Assembly (NCBI GenBank): GCA_965655095.1
Contig: OZ296656.1
Coordinates: 44,640,001-44,704,000 of the forward strand
Direction: 5' to 3'
Length of the DNA: 64,000 bases
DNA from: Haplodiscus bocki
Taxonomy: Eukaryota
The notes beneath the pieces were generated by a model, which saw only the letters and a program-made list of their open reading frames with translations, searched no databases and had not been told where the DNA came from. The position numbers and the translations under genes were made by a program. Below are positions 22,991 through 36,800 of this stretch, piece after piece. Position 1 is the first letter of the stretch; each line of letters begins with the position of its first letter.

Positions 22991-23269
22991 GCGTTTGGAT
23001 ACTGTTTTAACGTAATGCTATGCAAAAAGAATGATGAAAAGTTTGAAAAAATTTATTAGAGAGTACAAACAGTGAAAAAAAAACATTGTAAAACCTGCAC
23101 ATTTACATTTAAAATTTGAGATCAAAAAATTGCACACAATTGAAAATAAGGTTTGCGTGCAAAATCTGATTGTGTTCAAGCAAAAAACTATTGAATCTAC
23201 GGAAAAGTTTGAATAGATTGTAACATAAACAGTAAAAAGCATGCAAAGTTTTACGAGAGAAAATTAAAG

Positions 23270-26200
23270 TTACAAGTTCAGTGGGTCTGTGTGAATTCCA
23301 TCGTCATCTACTATTCCCTCAGGATAAAAAGACAATAATCCTCCTTTGGTTTGTTCATAGGATGAAAACATTTGATCCCTTGTTGGCAAACCTCCGTTCT
23401 CAAATGCAAAATCCACTCTTCAACAAAAACTTTGCAATACTTTTCCAGACGACCATCACCAATCTGCTCTAATCTTCGCATATTGAGACTTTGACTGCTG
23501 AAAATAAACTTTTTCGAGTTTTTGCCGTAGCAGCAGTAACTTTTCCTATAACTTCACAGCATTTCCGAACACCTGAACTCCTGTTTCAGTGAGCCAAGTT
23601 CTCCTTTATCAGATCTTTTGTGCTTGTCTGCACATTCAGTTGAAATATTTTCCTACTCCAACAACATTGAAACTATCGGCACAGTCTTGGAACCGCAGTT
23701 GGTTCCACTCTGCGGTCATTTCAAGTTGTATACAGTCTTCCAGTTCCTTCTCGGCAAGAACAATTACAGTGAACCTGTGTCTATTTTCAAATCTTCCAAC
23801 TTGTTTACGTAACAGAATTTGTTGAAAAAGTTGCAGAGTTCCAACATTTGTAGTTTTGCGTAATGAAGAATAGGCAACTCAACATTGATAGGCTCTTCAT
23901 GTTCAATTTGTGCTTTGGCGAGTTCATTTTTGTATATTGCATTGTTCACGTGACCTAGCTTCCTAAAAAACATACAACTGACAACGGCAATTGACTTTTT
24001 GTCGCTGAGGTACCTTTTCACAGTGTGTCGGCTATTGGGCTGTGGAACATGATCTGGTAACCGTAGGAGTTTATTGCGAGAAGCTTCGATGTCTCTGCAA
24101 CGACACTTGAATTGGGATTCTCGTCATTTTGTCTTCCTGCATCAACTGCTGACTGCACAAAGTTGTTGAAACATTCGTTTGAAATGTACTGAACAAACCA
24201 AGGTAGTTTTGAGCAATCACGACCCAATCAGATGTAGAACAACTGCAAGGGAGTAATGAGAGGTCCATTGTGTAATGTGAAGCTTGATATCAACATTCTC
24301 CGAGGTTGAGACAATAGTCCTTCTTCTTTGACATAGTTTTCAATTCGGTCCTCGATGTTAAAATCACCAAAAAAGGGCTCTTGATGATTGGAGGAAAGAT
24401 ATCAAGATTGGATCCCAAATTTTTAGGTTCCTCATTGTCACATTGAATTTAGTCAAAACAAATTTACTTTTTTATTTCTTCTTGGAGCTTGTGTTCTGTA
24501 AAATAACATTTGTGAGAAAAATTTCTCGGATATGTTGTTCAACGTTACTAGTTATCTTGTCCGGATGCCACTATTCACAGTCACAGATTTCAATAAAAGT
24601 GAAGCCGTTTTCTTGGATGTAACTTCGTCCTATTTTATCGAGCTCTTGTTTTTTAGTGTCCGTTTTTTATCTTCTTCCTTGAGAAATGGACGTGCTTCAT
24701 GACAGGGACAAAAATGATAGAAGCAACGTATGGCATCAAAGACATTGTTGCAATGAGAACAAAATCCATCAACACTGAGACAGTCACTTTTATTCTGGGC
24801 TTGTCGCATTGAAGCTTTCAATTTTACCTTGCTATCTTGTTCTGTGAAAATAGGACCTTACCATTTTTCTAAGGCTACGGGTTTTGTTTTTTTTTTCGAG
24901 GCATGAAACTACTTTTCTCCGAGTTGAAATCCCATCGCATAGACAGTCCGGTTGGCATGGGTTTACACATCGAGTTGTTTTGCGTAGTGAAGAACAAACA
25001 ACCTTAATTTTTATCGGCTCTTTATTTTCATATTGTGCTTTGGCGAGAGCATTTTTGTATAAGGCATTGTTCACCTGATCTAGCTTCCTAACAATTTTGT
25101 TTTTGATAACGGCATTTAACTTTTAGATGACATTTTCCGAGCTCGAGACAATATTCCTTCTTCTTCAGCATAGTTTTTAATTAGGTTCCGGATATCAATT
25201 TTTGCTAACTAAAGTGCTCTTGAAAGTTTGAGGGAAGTTATCAAAATTTGATAGGTCAGAAAACAATTAATGGTCCACCAACATCAATTTTTCGGATGTT
25301 TTCCAAAAGGTCCTTGTCTGCCTCTGTGAAGGGATAGATTTTTGCATCTGTATGTTTTTGTAGATAAATGTTGGCCAGGTTTGGTAATGTACAACAAAAC
25401 TTCATCATATCGATATCTTTTTCATCTTAGAAAGCAATCATTTGTGCATTGCCTTCAAAACTAACAGAACATCGTTTATGTTAGTTTATGTTATCCCGCC
25501 GCAAGAGCCTTTGAATGTGGACATTTGTTCATATTTGCGTGTCTGTTCCGGGTATTGAAAATTCTCAATTCCAGTTCCTGCTGGCTTTGACAGTTTCAGT
25601 TTGATAGAAGCTTGTTTTGTGGTCAATCCACTCTTCAAAAGGTTAACAAAGTTCCGTACTTGGCTTCAGGAGTGTTACAGTTAGGCAGTTTACTGTAAAA
25701 AGCTTCATATGGGGGATATACCGCATTCCGCATTTTGTCAGGTGATCACACCATTCGTTTGACAAAAACTTTTTGTTTCTGATAATTTGTATGCTTTCAA
25801 GTGTGTATTTTGACTTGTTGCTCCACCTAGAGAGTTCTTTTTATCCAATAGTTGAAAATGGCGGATTTTGAATTCGATGATCTGGTTTGTTCTTTTGATA
25901 AGAGTAGGAGCAATATCTCCCTCGTTAACAAAAATGGGTAACAAGCACGATTTGATTACATTCAGATCATTTTTTGCACTGTTCAAAACAAACACAGTTA
26001 CAATAATGCAATAAAGTTCCAGATCTTCCTGAAGATCAATTACTCGATTCTTTTGTAATTGTAGGAATTGAGTTGAGGCACAAATGTTGTTATGACACGG
26101 ATTTTGACTCATGTTAAACCTTTCCGCGGGTTCGTGTGGTCTATGACGCTGCGTGAGTTTTTCCAATTTGCTGCCCAGTTTAATCATAAACTTTGTCTCA

Positions 26201-27816
26201 GTATCAAAAGTAGATATATTTTTAATTTGCGCTTTACATTACAACGCCAGACCTTTCAGTGCTCCAATTACTGATGGAACGAAGTGCTGAGGATCAGAAT
26301 TGTAGAGAAAAATTGGTTTTCTCACAAGGTTTCAAGAAATGGGTAATGAAATTGGCACATGTTTTCTGATCCACGTTGTTGTTTTCGTATCTTTGAGGGT
26401 CTCTGCCTGGACACAAATCGAGTCAAAATTGAAAAATGCTAAGCTCATGAAGAGTTTTTAATGTTTTGAGTACTTGATACCAAAAGAATTTAGCTTGTCA
26501 AAGAGAGTTTCTTGGATTTGATCTACGTTCCTCGTATAGATCTTTTTTACCAGCTCGCTGCATGTAGACAAACGTCGCTCCATGTTGTCTGCTCTGTTGA
26601 AGAATGCGTGACGGTTAGGACAACGAAAAGATCGGAAACAACAATATTGTTGCTGGCATAGAATTTAAACTTGTTGCATCTTAATAGTCGCATCGTGTTT
26701 TCACATTTTCGCACACTTCGTCTAGCAAAATTTCCGACAACTTTCTCATTAACGGTGGCTAAATCATCATGTACCTTTTTGAGTGTTAGCAGATCCTCAT
26801 CAGTTGGAATGTCGTTCATATGGACACCTGCAACTGGTTCTTGCAGAGCCCATCTATTCCTTTCATGAAAAGAGTGAAAGTTTAAGAAGTTTCTTCCTAA
26901 TTTTTATTTCCGTGCAAATGGGAAAAACAGGAACAAAAAGGCAGAGATTGTCTTTATATGGCTGACTTAAGTTCTCCTTAAACGTGAGACAATAGATTTT
27001 TTGATTTTTAGGCAAAAGTTTAGGCAAGGTGAAACAGCGTCCTTGCGACCCATAAGTACAAGTACAGTTGTGAGGAAAACAGCAAAAAAGTTGAAATTGC
27101 CAGTTTGTAGAATCTCCAATTTGTGCTCATCTTTCCTCTATTGAACAACTCCATGACATTAATTTGTTGAGAAAATCTTTTAGCTTTATCAAGTGATCCT
27201 TTGTGCATTTAAATTTCTATCAGTCCAGCAGGGTATTATTTTCGTGTGCATAAATTTATCTGAACTTTCCACCCACTGTATTCTTCAGAGTAAACCGAAA
27301 AGCCAATTCCTCTTATACCGCACAATTTATATTGTAGACAAAAAGATCAAGCTGCTCGTTCGCCACTGTTTCGTTTTTATTTTCTGTTTCGTAATTCAAA
27401 AACTGGTGTCTCGACGTTTCAAGCTCAGAATCCACCAAAAAAGAATTCACAGGAATGCAAGTCCTCTATAAGATTGGTACAGTCTACATCTTTCTTGATT
27501 TTGTCCGGATCAGCAGTTGCTGTCTTAATTGAAAAGCCATGATGAACGTTTCTCTGTTTTCTTAAAGCTCAAAAACCTGGAAAATCTGGATGACAAGGTT
27601 CGCACTTGAAATTAACAGCAAGTTTTCGAGTGTTGTACTGGTTAGCAATGTGATAATTCGAACCTTCCTGGGGAAAAGTGGAGAAAATGTGTCACAGGGT
27701 GCATTACCAGGTTCCAGCTGAGCATCTCTTCTTGTGCCATACAACATTGTTTTTGCAACTTGGGTACCACACTTTTCTCTTGAATTTTTTTTCTGGGATT
27801 GAGGAAAACTTCTCAT
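23270..27816 (-). pseudogene. polB: Protein-primed family B DNA polymerase with N-terminal C2H2 fingers, exonuclease, endonuclease-like insert and palm motifs
   Basis: Exo II-like FVLNSAKNDL. Motif B KLLAINSYGYQ. Motif C KIDTGSL (from DTDS). Insert DGFCSHCNNVFDAIRCFYHFCPC. C-terminus DDDGIHTDPLNL* at 23270. Many stops and frameshifts. Confidence 0.93.
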
Positions 27817-30800
27817 TGAGAGGTGTTCAACGGAATGATTTCGAATAAGTGTAAAGATAGCAGCAACTTGACTGTGGCAATGGAAGAGGAAATATGCCAA
27901 AAAAAGACATAGCAAGTGCTACTCAATACTTTCAATTTTATATGGAAAACCCCATTAGAAAAAGAGCAACCATAAAAACAAAGAAACATGACAGTAAAAA
28001 GAAAAACCGTACGAGTTGTCAATCAACTTCTTTCGTTTTAGAAACCGAATGTGTCCAAAAAAAAATCAATTAAAATGGTCAAAAATCTTATCTATGAAAA
28101 CACTTCAAGTGGAATAAGTTCTCTTTTTATAGTGACAGAATGTCTGAGAAAAAACACCCTGTGGATTAACTTCCCCAGGCAGCAACTTTGAGAAATTCGT
28201 CAACCATCAATCAAAAAGGTTTCCATGGAAGAAAGAAAAATACTTTGCATAGTCAATGTTGTGCGGATCTTAAAAACTTGAGAGCAACAACATGTATGGC
28301 AACATCCACCAGCAAAACATATCGTGGTACCAGGTTCGTAACTACTAGACAACAATTTCATTTTCAATTATCCAAAGCGAACTTTCAATACTTGTTTGGA
28401 TCAAATAAAATGACCGACGTCGCTGAATTTTGGAGTATTAACATAATCAGCACTGGTGTACACACCGACAAAATCAATTCACAAAAATGACTGTCTTAAA
28501 GCAGCTGATCTCTGCCAGAAAGCATTTTCCATATTTTTGCAAACTGTATTCAATTCAAGAAGAAAACCTGGAGGAAATTTTAGCCGAAAATGACGTAGAT
28601 AGTTTTGTATACCACAACTTTTTTCATTTCTCCAGGTCCCACATCGATCAAAAAACAAGTTAGCAAAGGCTCCAACGAAAAACGTTCTCCATTCATTCTG
28701 TTTCAATTTTGCGATTTGAAGCCACAGCTGCATTATAAGATGATCAAACTTCCAGTTCACTACTGTTTCGGTGAGATTTTCCACTTCTTAATTCCGAACT
28801 CTGTGTCTCGCCCTTTCAATTTCAAAAACCTTCAAAAAAATACGGAAACGAAACTCTTCATTAATATTCGTTTGATCCACTGCGCTGTTAAATTTTCCCG
28901 AATGAACATTTTCTGTCTGAATTAAAATGCCATGTTGAATGTTTTCCTGTTTTCGCAAAGCATAAAATCCTGGAAACTCTTGATAACATTGTTTACAAAT
29001 GAAAGTAACCGCAGCTTTTGGAGCGGTGTTATGTTAAGCAAAATGATGAACAAATCCTACTGCGATATAGTAGAGAAATTGAGGCTTTGTGTGTAACAAA
29101 TGTTTTAGCTGAGCATCTCTTTTTGTGCCGTACAACATTGTTTTTTTTATGTTGGATAACAATTTTTTCTCTTCAAATTTTTTTCTCGGATTGACGAAAG
29201 CTTCTCATTACGAGGTGTTCAACGGAAAGATTTCAAATAAACGTAAAAATTGATGCAACCTGAATGTGGCACTGGAAGACGAAAAATGCCAATAAAAGAC
29301 ATAGCAGGTGTTACTCAATACTTTCAATTTTTTATGGAAAACCCCATTAGAAAAAGAGCAACCACAAAAACAAGGAAACATGACAGTAAAAGGAAAAACC
29401 GTTCGAGTTGTCAATCAACTTCTTTCGTTTTAGAAACCGAATGTGTCCAAAAAAAATCAATTAAAGTGGTCAAAAAGCTTGTCTATGAAAACACTTCAAG
29501 TGGAATAACCCCTTTTTTTTGTAGTGACAGAATGTCTGAGAAAAAACATCCTGTGGATTAACTTCCCCAGGCAGCAACTTTGAGAATTTCGTCAACCATC
29601 AATCAAAAAGGTTTCCATGGAAGAAAGAAAAATACTTTGCATAGTCAATGTTGTGCGGATCTTAAAAACTTGAGAGCAACAACATGTATGGCAACATCCA
29701 CCAGCAAAACATATCGTGGTACCAGGTTCGTAACTACTAGACAACAATTTCATTTTCAATTATCCAAAACGAAATTTCAATACTTGTTTGGATCAAATAA
29801 AATGACTGACGTCGCTGAATTTTGGAGTATTAATATAATCAGCACTGGTGTACACACCGACAAAATCAATTCACAAAAATGACTGTCTTAAAGCAGCTGA
29901 TATCTGCCAGAAAGCATTTGCCACATTTTTGCAAACTGTATTCAATTCAAGAAGAAAACCTGGAGGAAATTTTAGCCGAAAATGACGTAGATAGTTATGT
30001 ATACCACAACTTTCTTCATTTCTCCAGGTCCCACATCGATCAAAAAACAAGTTAGCAAAGGCTCCAGCGAAAAACGTTCTGCGTTCATTCTGTTTCAATT
30101 TTGCGATTTGAAGGCACAGCTGCATTATAAGATGATCAAACTTCCAATTCACTACTGTTTCGGTGAGATTTTGCACTTCGTAATTCAAAACTCTGTGTCT
30201 CGCCCTTTCGATTTCAAAAACCTTCAAAAAAATACGGAAACGAAACTCTTCCTTATTATTCGTTTGATCCACTGCGCTGTTAAATTTTCCCGAATGAACA
30301 TTTTCTGTCTGAATTAAAATGCCATGTTGAATGTTTTCCTGTTTTCGCAAAGCATAAAATCCTGGAAACTCTTGATAACATTGTTTACAATTGAAAGTAA
30401 CCGCAGGTTTTGGAGCGGTGTTATGTTAAGCAAAAAGATGAACAAAACCTACTGCGATATAGTAGAGAAATTGAGGCTTTGTGTGTAACAAATGTTTTAG
30501 CTGAGCATCTCTTTTTGTGCCGTACAACATTGTTTTTTTTATGTTGGATAACAATTTCTTCTCTTCAAATTTTTTTCTCGGATTGACGAAAGCTTCTCAT
30601 TACGAGGTGTTCAACGGAAAGATTTCAAATAAACGTAAAAATTGATGCAACCTGACTGTGGCACTGGAAGACGAAAAATGCCAAAAAAGACATAGCAGGT
30701 GTTACTCAATACTTTCAATTTTATATGGAAAACCCCATTAGAAAAAGAGCAACCACAAAAACAAAGAAAAATGACAGTAAAAACAAAAACCGTACGAGTT

Positions 30801-33800
30801 GTCAATCAACTTCCTTCGTTTTAGAAACCGAATGTGTCCAAAAAAAATCAATTAAAGTGGTCAAAAAGCTTGTCTATGAAAACACTTCAAGAGGAATAAG
30901 TTCTTTTTTTGTAGTGACAGAATGTCTGAGAAAAAACATCCTGTGGATTAACTTCCCCAGGCAGCAACTTTGAGAATTTCGTCAACCATCAATCAAAAAG
31001 GTTTCCATGGAAGAAAGAAAAATACTTTGCATAGTCAATGTTGTGCGGATGTTAAAAACTTGAGAACAACAACATGTATGGCAACATCCACCAGCAAATA
31101 CATATCGTGGTACCAGGTTCGTAACTACTAGACAACAATTTCATTTTCAATTATCCAAAACGAAATTTCAATACTTGTTTGGATCAAATAAAAAGACTGG
31201 CGTCGCTGAATTTTGGAGTATTAATATAATCAGCACTGGTGTACACACCGACAAAATCAATTCACAAAAATGACTGTCTTAAAGCAGCTGATATCTGCCA
31301 GAAAGCATTTTCCACATTTTTGCAAACTGTATTCAATTCAAGAAGAAAACCTGGAGGAAATTTTAGCCGAAAATGACGTAGATAGTTATGTATACCACAA
31401 CTTTCTTCATTTCTCCAGGTCCCACATCGATCAAAAAACAAGTTAGCAAAGGCTCCAGCGAAAAACGTTCTGCGTTCATTCTGTTTCAATTTTGCGATTT
31501 GAAGGCACAGCTGCATTATAAGATGATCAAACTTCCAATTCACTACTGTTTCGGTGAGATTTTCCACTTCGTAATTCAAAACTCTGTGTCTCGCCCTTTC
31601 GATTTCAAAAACCTTCAAAAAAATACGGAAACGAAACTCTTCCTTATTATTCGTTTGATCCACTGCGCTGTTAAACTTTCCCGAATGAACATTTTCTGTC
31701 TGAATTAAAATGCCATGTTGAATGTTTTCCTGTTTTCGCAAAGCATAAAATCCTGGAAACTCTTGATAACATTGTTTACAATTGAAAGTAACCGCAGGTT
31801 TTGGAGCGGTGTTATGTTAAGCAAAAAGATGAACAAAACCTACTGCGATATAGTAGAGAAATTGAGGCTTTGTGTGTAACAAATGTTTTAGCTGAGCATC
31901 TCTTTTTGTGCCGTACAACATTGTTTTTTTTATGTTGGATAACAATTTTTTCTCTTCAAATTTTTTTCTCGGATTGACGAAAGCTTCTCATTACGAGGTG
32001 TTCAACGGAAAGATTTCAAATAAACGTAAAAATTGATGCAACCTGAATGTGGCACTGGAAGACGAAAAATGCCAAAAAAAGACATAGCAGGTGTTACTCA
32101 ATACTTTCAATTTTTTATGGAAAACCCCATTAGAAAAAGAGCAACCACAAAAACAAACAAACATGACAGTAAAAACAAAAACCGTACGAGTTGTCAATCA
32201 ACTTCTTTCGTTTTAGAAACCGAATGTGTCCAAAAAAAATCAATTAAAGTGGTCAAAAAGCTTGTCTATGAAAACACTTCAAGAGGAATAAGTTCTTTTT
32301 TTGTAGTGACAGAATGTCCGAGAAAAAACATCCTGTGGATTAACTTCCCCAGGCAGCAACTTTGAGAATTTCGTCAACCATCAATCAAAAAGGTTTCCAC
32401 GGAAGGAAGAAAAATACTTTGCATAGTCAGTGTTGTGCGGATGTTAAAAACTTGAGAACAACAACATGTATGGCAAAATCCACCAGCAAATACATATCGT
32501 GGTACCAGGTTCGTAACTACTAGACAACAATTTCATTTTCAATTATCCAAAACGAAATTTCAATACTTGTTTGGATCAAATAAAATGACTGACGTCGCTG
32601 AAGTTTGGAGTATTAATATAATCAGCACTGGTGTACACACCGACAAAATTCTTTCACAAAAATGACTGTCTTAAAGCAGCTGATATCTGCCAGAAAGCAT
32701 TTTCCACACTTTTGCAAACTGTATTCAATTCAAGAAGAAAACCTGGAGGAAATTTTAGCCAAAAATGACGTAGATAGTTATGTATACCACAACTTTTTTC
32801 ATTTCTCCAGGTCCCACATCGATCAAAAAACAAGTTAGCAAAGGCTCCGACGAAAAACGTTCTGCATTCATTCTGTTTCAATTTTGCGATTAGAAGCCAC
32901 AGCTGCATTATAAGATGATCAAACTTCCAATTCACTACTTTTTCGTTGAGATTTTCCACTTCGTAATTCAGAACTCTGTGTCTCGCCCTTTCAATTTCAA
33001 AAACCTTCAGAAAAAACGGAAACGAATTTCTTCCTTAAAATTCGTTTGATCCACTGCGCTGTTAAATTTTCCCGGATGAACATTTTCTGTCTGAATTAAA
33101 ATGCCATGTTGAACGTTTTCCTGTTTTCGCAAAGCAAAAAATCGTGGAATTTCTTGATAACATTGTTTACAAATGAAAGTAACCACAAGCTTTGGAGCGG
33201 TGTTATGTTAAGCAAAATGACGAACAAATCCTACTGCGATATAGTAGAGAAATTGAGGCTTTGTGTGTAACAAATGTTTTAGCTGAGCATCTCTTTTTGT
33301 GCCGTACAACATTGTTTTTTTAAGTTGGATAACAATTTTTTCTCTTGAATTTTTTTTCTCGGATTGACGAAAGCTTCTCATTAGGAGGTGTTCAACGGAA
33401 AGATTTCAAATAAACGTAAAAATTGATGCAACCTGACTGTAGCACTGGAAGACGAAAAATGCCAAAAAAGACACAGCAGGTGTTACTCAATACTTTCAAT
33501 TTTATATGGAAAACCCCATTAGAAAAAGAGCAACCATAAAAACAAAGAAACATGACAGTAAAAGAAAAAACCGTACGAGTTGTCAATCAACTTCTTTCGT
33601 TTTAGAAACCGAATGTGTCCAAAAAAAATTAATTAAAGTGGTCGAAAAGCTTGTCTATGAAAACACTTCAAGTGGAATAACTTCTTTTTTTGTAGTGACA
33701 GAATGTCTGAGAAAAAACATCCTGTGGATTAACTTCCCCAGGCAGCAACTTTGAGAATTTCGTCAACCATCTATCAAAAAGGTTTCCACGGAAGGAAGAA

Positions 33801-36800
33801 AAAAACTTTGCATAGTCAGTGTTGTGCGGATGTTAAAAACTTGAGAACAACAACATGTATGGCAAAATCCACCAGCAAATAGATATCGTGGTACCAGGTT
33901 CGTAACTACTAGACAACAATTTCATTTTCAATTATCCAAAACGAAATTTCAATACTTGTTTGGATCAAATAAAATGACTGACGTCGCTGAAGTTTGGAGT
34001 ATTAATATAATCAGCACTGGTGTACACACCGACAAAATTCTTTCACAAAAATGACTGTCTTAAAGCAGCTGATATCTGCCAGAAAGCATTTTCCACACTT
34101 TTGCAAACTGTATTCAATTCAAGAAGAAAACCTGGAGGAAATTTTAGCCAAAAATGACGTAGATAGTTATGTATACCACAACTTTTTTCATTTCTCCAGG
34201 TCCCACATCGATCAAAAAACAAGTTAGCAAAGGCTCCGACGAAAAACGTTCTGCATTCATTCTGTTTCAATTTTGCGATTAGAAGCCACAGCTGCATTAT
34301 AAGATGATCAAACTTCCAATTCACTACTTTTTCGTTGAGATTTTCCACTTCGTAATTCAGAACTCTGTGTCTCGCCCTTTCAATTTCAAAAACCTTCAGA
34401 AAAAACGGAAACGAATTTCTTCCTTAAAATTCGTTTGATCCACTGCGCTGTTAAATTTTCCCGGATGAACATTTTCTGTCTGAATAAAAATGCCATGTTG
34501 AACGTTTTCCTGTTTTCGCAAAGCATAAAATCGTGGAATTTCTTGATAACATTGTTTACAAATGAAAGTAACCACAAGCTTTGGAGCGGTGTTATGTTAA
34601 GCAAAATGACGAACAAATCCTACTGCGATATAGTAGAGAAATTGAGGCTTTGTGTGTAACAAATGTTTTAGCTGAGCATCTCTTTTTGTGCCGTACAACA
34701 TTGTTTTTTTAAGTTGGATAACAATTTTTTCTCTTGAATTTTTTTTCTCGGATTGACGAAAGCTTCTCATTAGGAGGTGTTCAACGGAAAGATTTCAAAT
34801 AAACGTAAAAATTGATGCAACCTGACTGTAGCACTGGAAGACGAAAAATGCCAAAAAAGACACAGCAGGTGTTACTCAATACTTTCAATTTTATATGGAA
34901 AACCCCATTAGAAAAAGAGCAACCATAAAAACAAAGAAACATGACAGTAAAAGAAAAAACCGTACGAGTTGTCAATCAACTTCTTTCGTTTTAGAAACCG
35001 AATGTGTCCAAAAAAAATTAATTAAAGTGGTCGAAAAGCTTGTCTATGAAAACACTTCAAGTGGAATAACTTCTTTTTTTGTAGTGACAGAATGTCTGAG
35101 AAAAAACATCCTGTGGATTAACTTCCCCAGGCAGCAACTTTGAGAATTTCGTCAACCATCTATCAAAAAGGTTTCCACGGAAGGAAGAAAAAAACTTTGC
35201 ATAGTCAGTGTTGTGCCGATGTTAAAAACTTGAGAACAACAACATGTATGGCAACATCCACCAGCAAATACATATCGTGGTACCAGGTTCGTAACTACTA
35301 GACAACGATTTCATTTTCAATCATCCAAAACGAAATTTCAATACTTGTTTGGATCAAATAAAATGACTGCCGTCGCTGAATTTTGGAGTATTAATATAAT
35401 CAGCACTGGTGTACACACCGACAAAATCAATTCACAAAAATGACTGTCTTAAAGCAGCTGATATCTGCCAGAAAGCATTTTCCACATTTTTCAAACTGTA
35501 TTCAATTCAAGAAGAAAACCTGGAGCAAATTATAGCCGAAAATGACGTAGGTAGTTGTGTATACCACAACTTTTTTCTTTTCTCCAGGTCCCACATCGAT
35601 CAAAATACAAGTTAGCAAAGGCTCCAACGAAAAACGTTCTGCATTCATTCTGTTTCAATTTTGCGATTTGAAGCCACAGCTGCAATATAAGATGATCAAT
35701 CTTCCAATTCACTACTGTTTCGGTGAGATTCTCCACTTCGTAATTCAAAACTCTGTGTCTCGCCCTTTCGATTTCAAAAACCTTCAAAAAAATACGGAAA
35801 CGAAACTCTTCCTTATTATTCGTTTGATCCACTGCGCTGTTAAACTTTCCCGAATGAACATTTTCTGTCTGAATTAAAATGCCATGTTGAATGTTTTCCT
35901 GTTTTCGCAAAGCATAAAATCCTGGAAACTCTTGATAACATTGTTTACAATTGAAAGTAACCGCAGGTTTTGGAGCGGTGTTATGTTAAGCAAAAAGATG
36001 AACAAAACCTACTGCGATATAGTAGAGAAATTGAGGCTTTGTGTGTAACAAATGTTTTAGCTGAGCATCTCTTTTTGTGCCGTACAACATTGTTTTTTTT
36101 ATGTTGGATAACAATTTTTTCTCTTCAAATTTTTTTCTCGGATTGACGAAAGCTTCTCATTACGAGGTGTTCAACGGAAAGATTTCAAATAAACGTAAAA
36201 ATTGATGCAACCTGAATGTGGCACTGGAAGACGAAAAATGCCAAAAAAAGACATAGCAGGTGTTACTCAATACTTTCAATTTTTTATGGAAAACCCCATT
36301 AGAAAAAGAGCAACCACAAAAACAAACAAACATGACAGTAAAAACAAAAACCGTACGAGTTGTCAATCAACTTCTTTCGTTTTAGAAACCGAATGTGTCC
36401 AAAAAAAATCAATTAAAGTGGTCGAAAAGCTTGTCTATGAAAACACTTCAAGTGGAATAACTTCTTTTTTTGTAGTGACAGAATGTCTGAGAAAAAACAT
36501 CCTGTGGATTAACTTCCCCAGGCAGCAACTTTGAGAATTTCGTCAACCATCAATCAAAAAGGTTTCCACGGAAGGAAGAAAAATACTTTGCATAGTCAGT
36601 GTTGTGCGGATGTTAAAAACTTGAGAACAACAACATGTATGGCAACATCCACCAGCAAATACATATCGTGGTACCAGGTTCGTAACTACTAGACAACGAT
36701 TTCATTTTCAATCATCCAAAACGAAATTTCAATACTTGTTTGGATCAAATAAAATGACTGCCGTCGCTGAATTTTGGAGTATTAATATAATCAGCACTGG

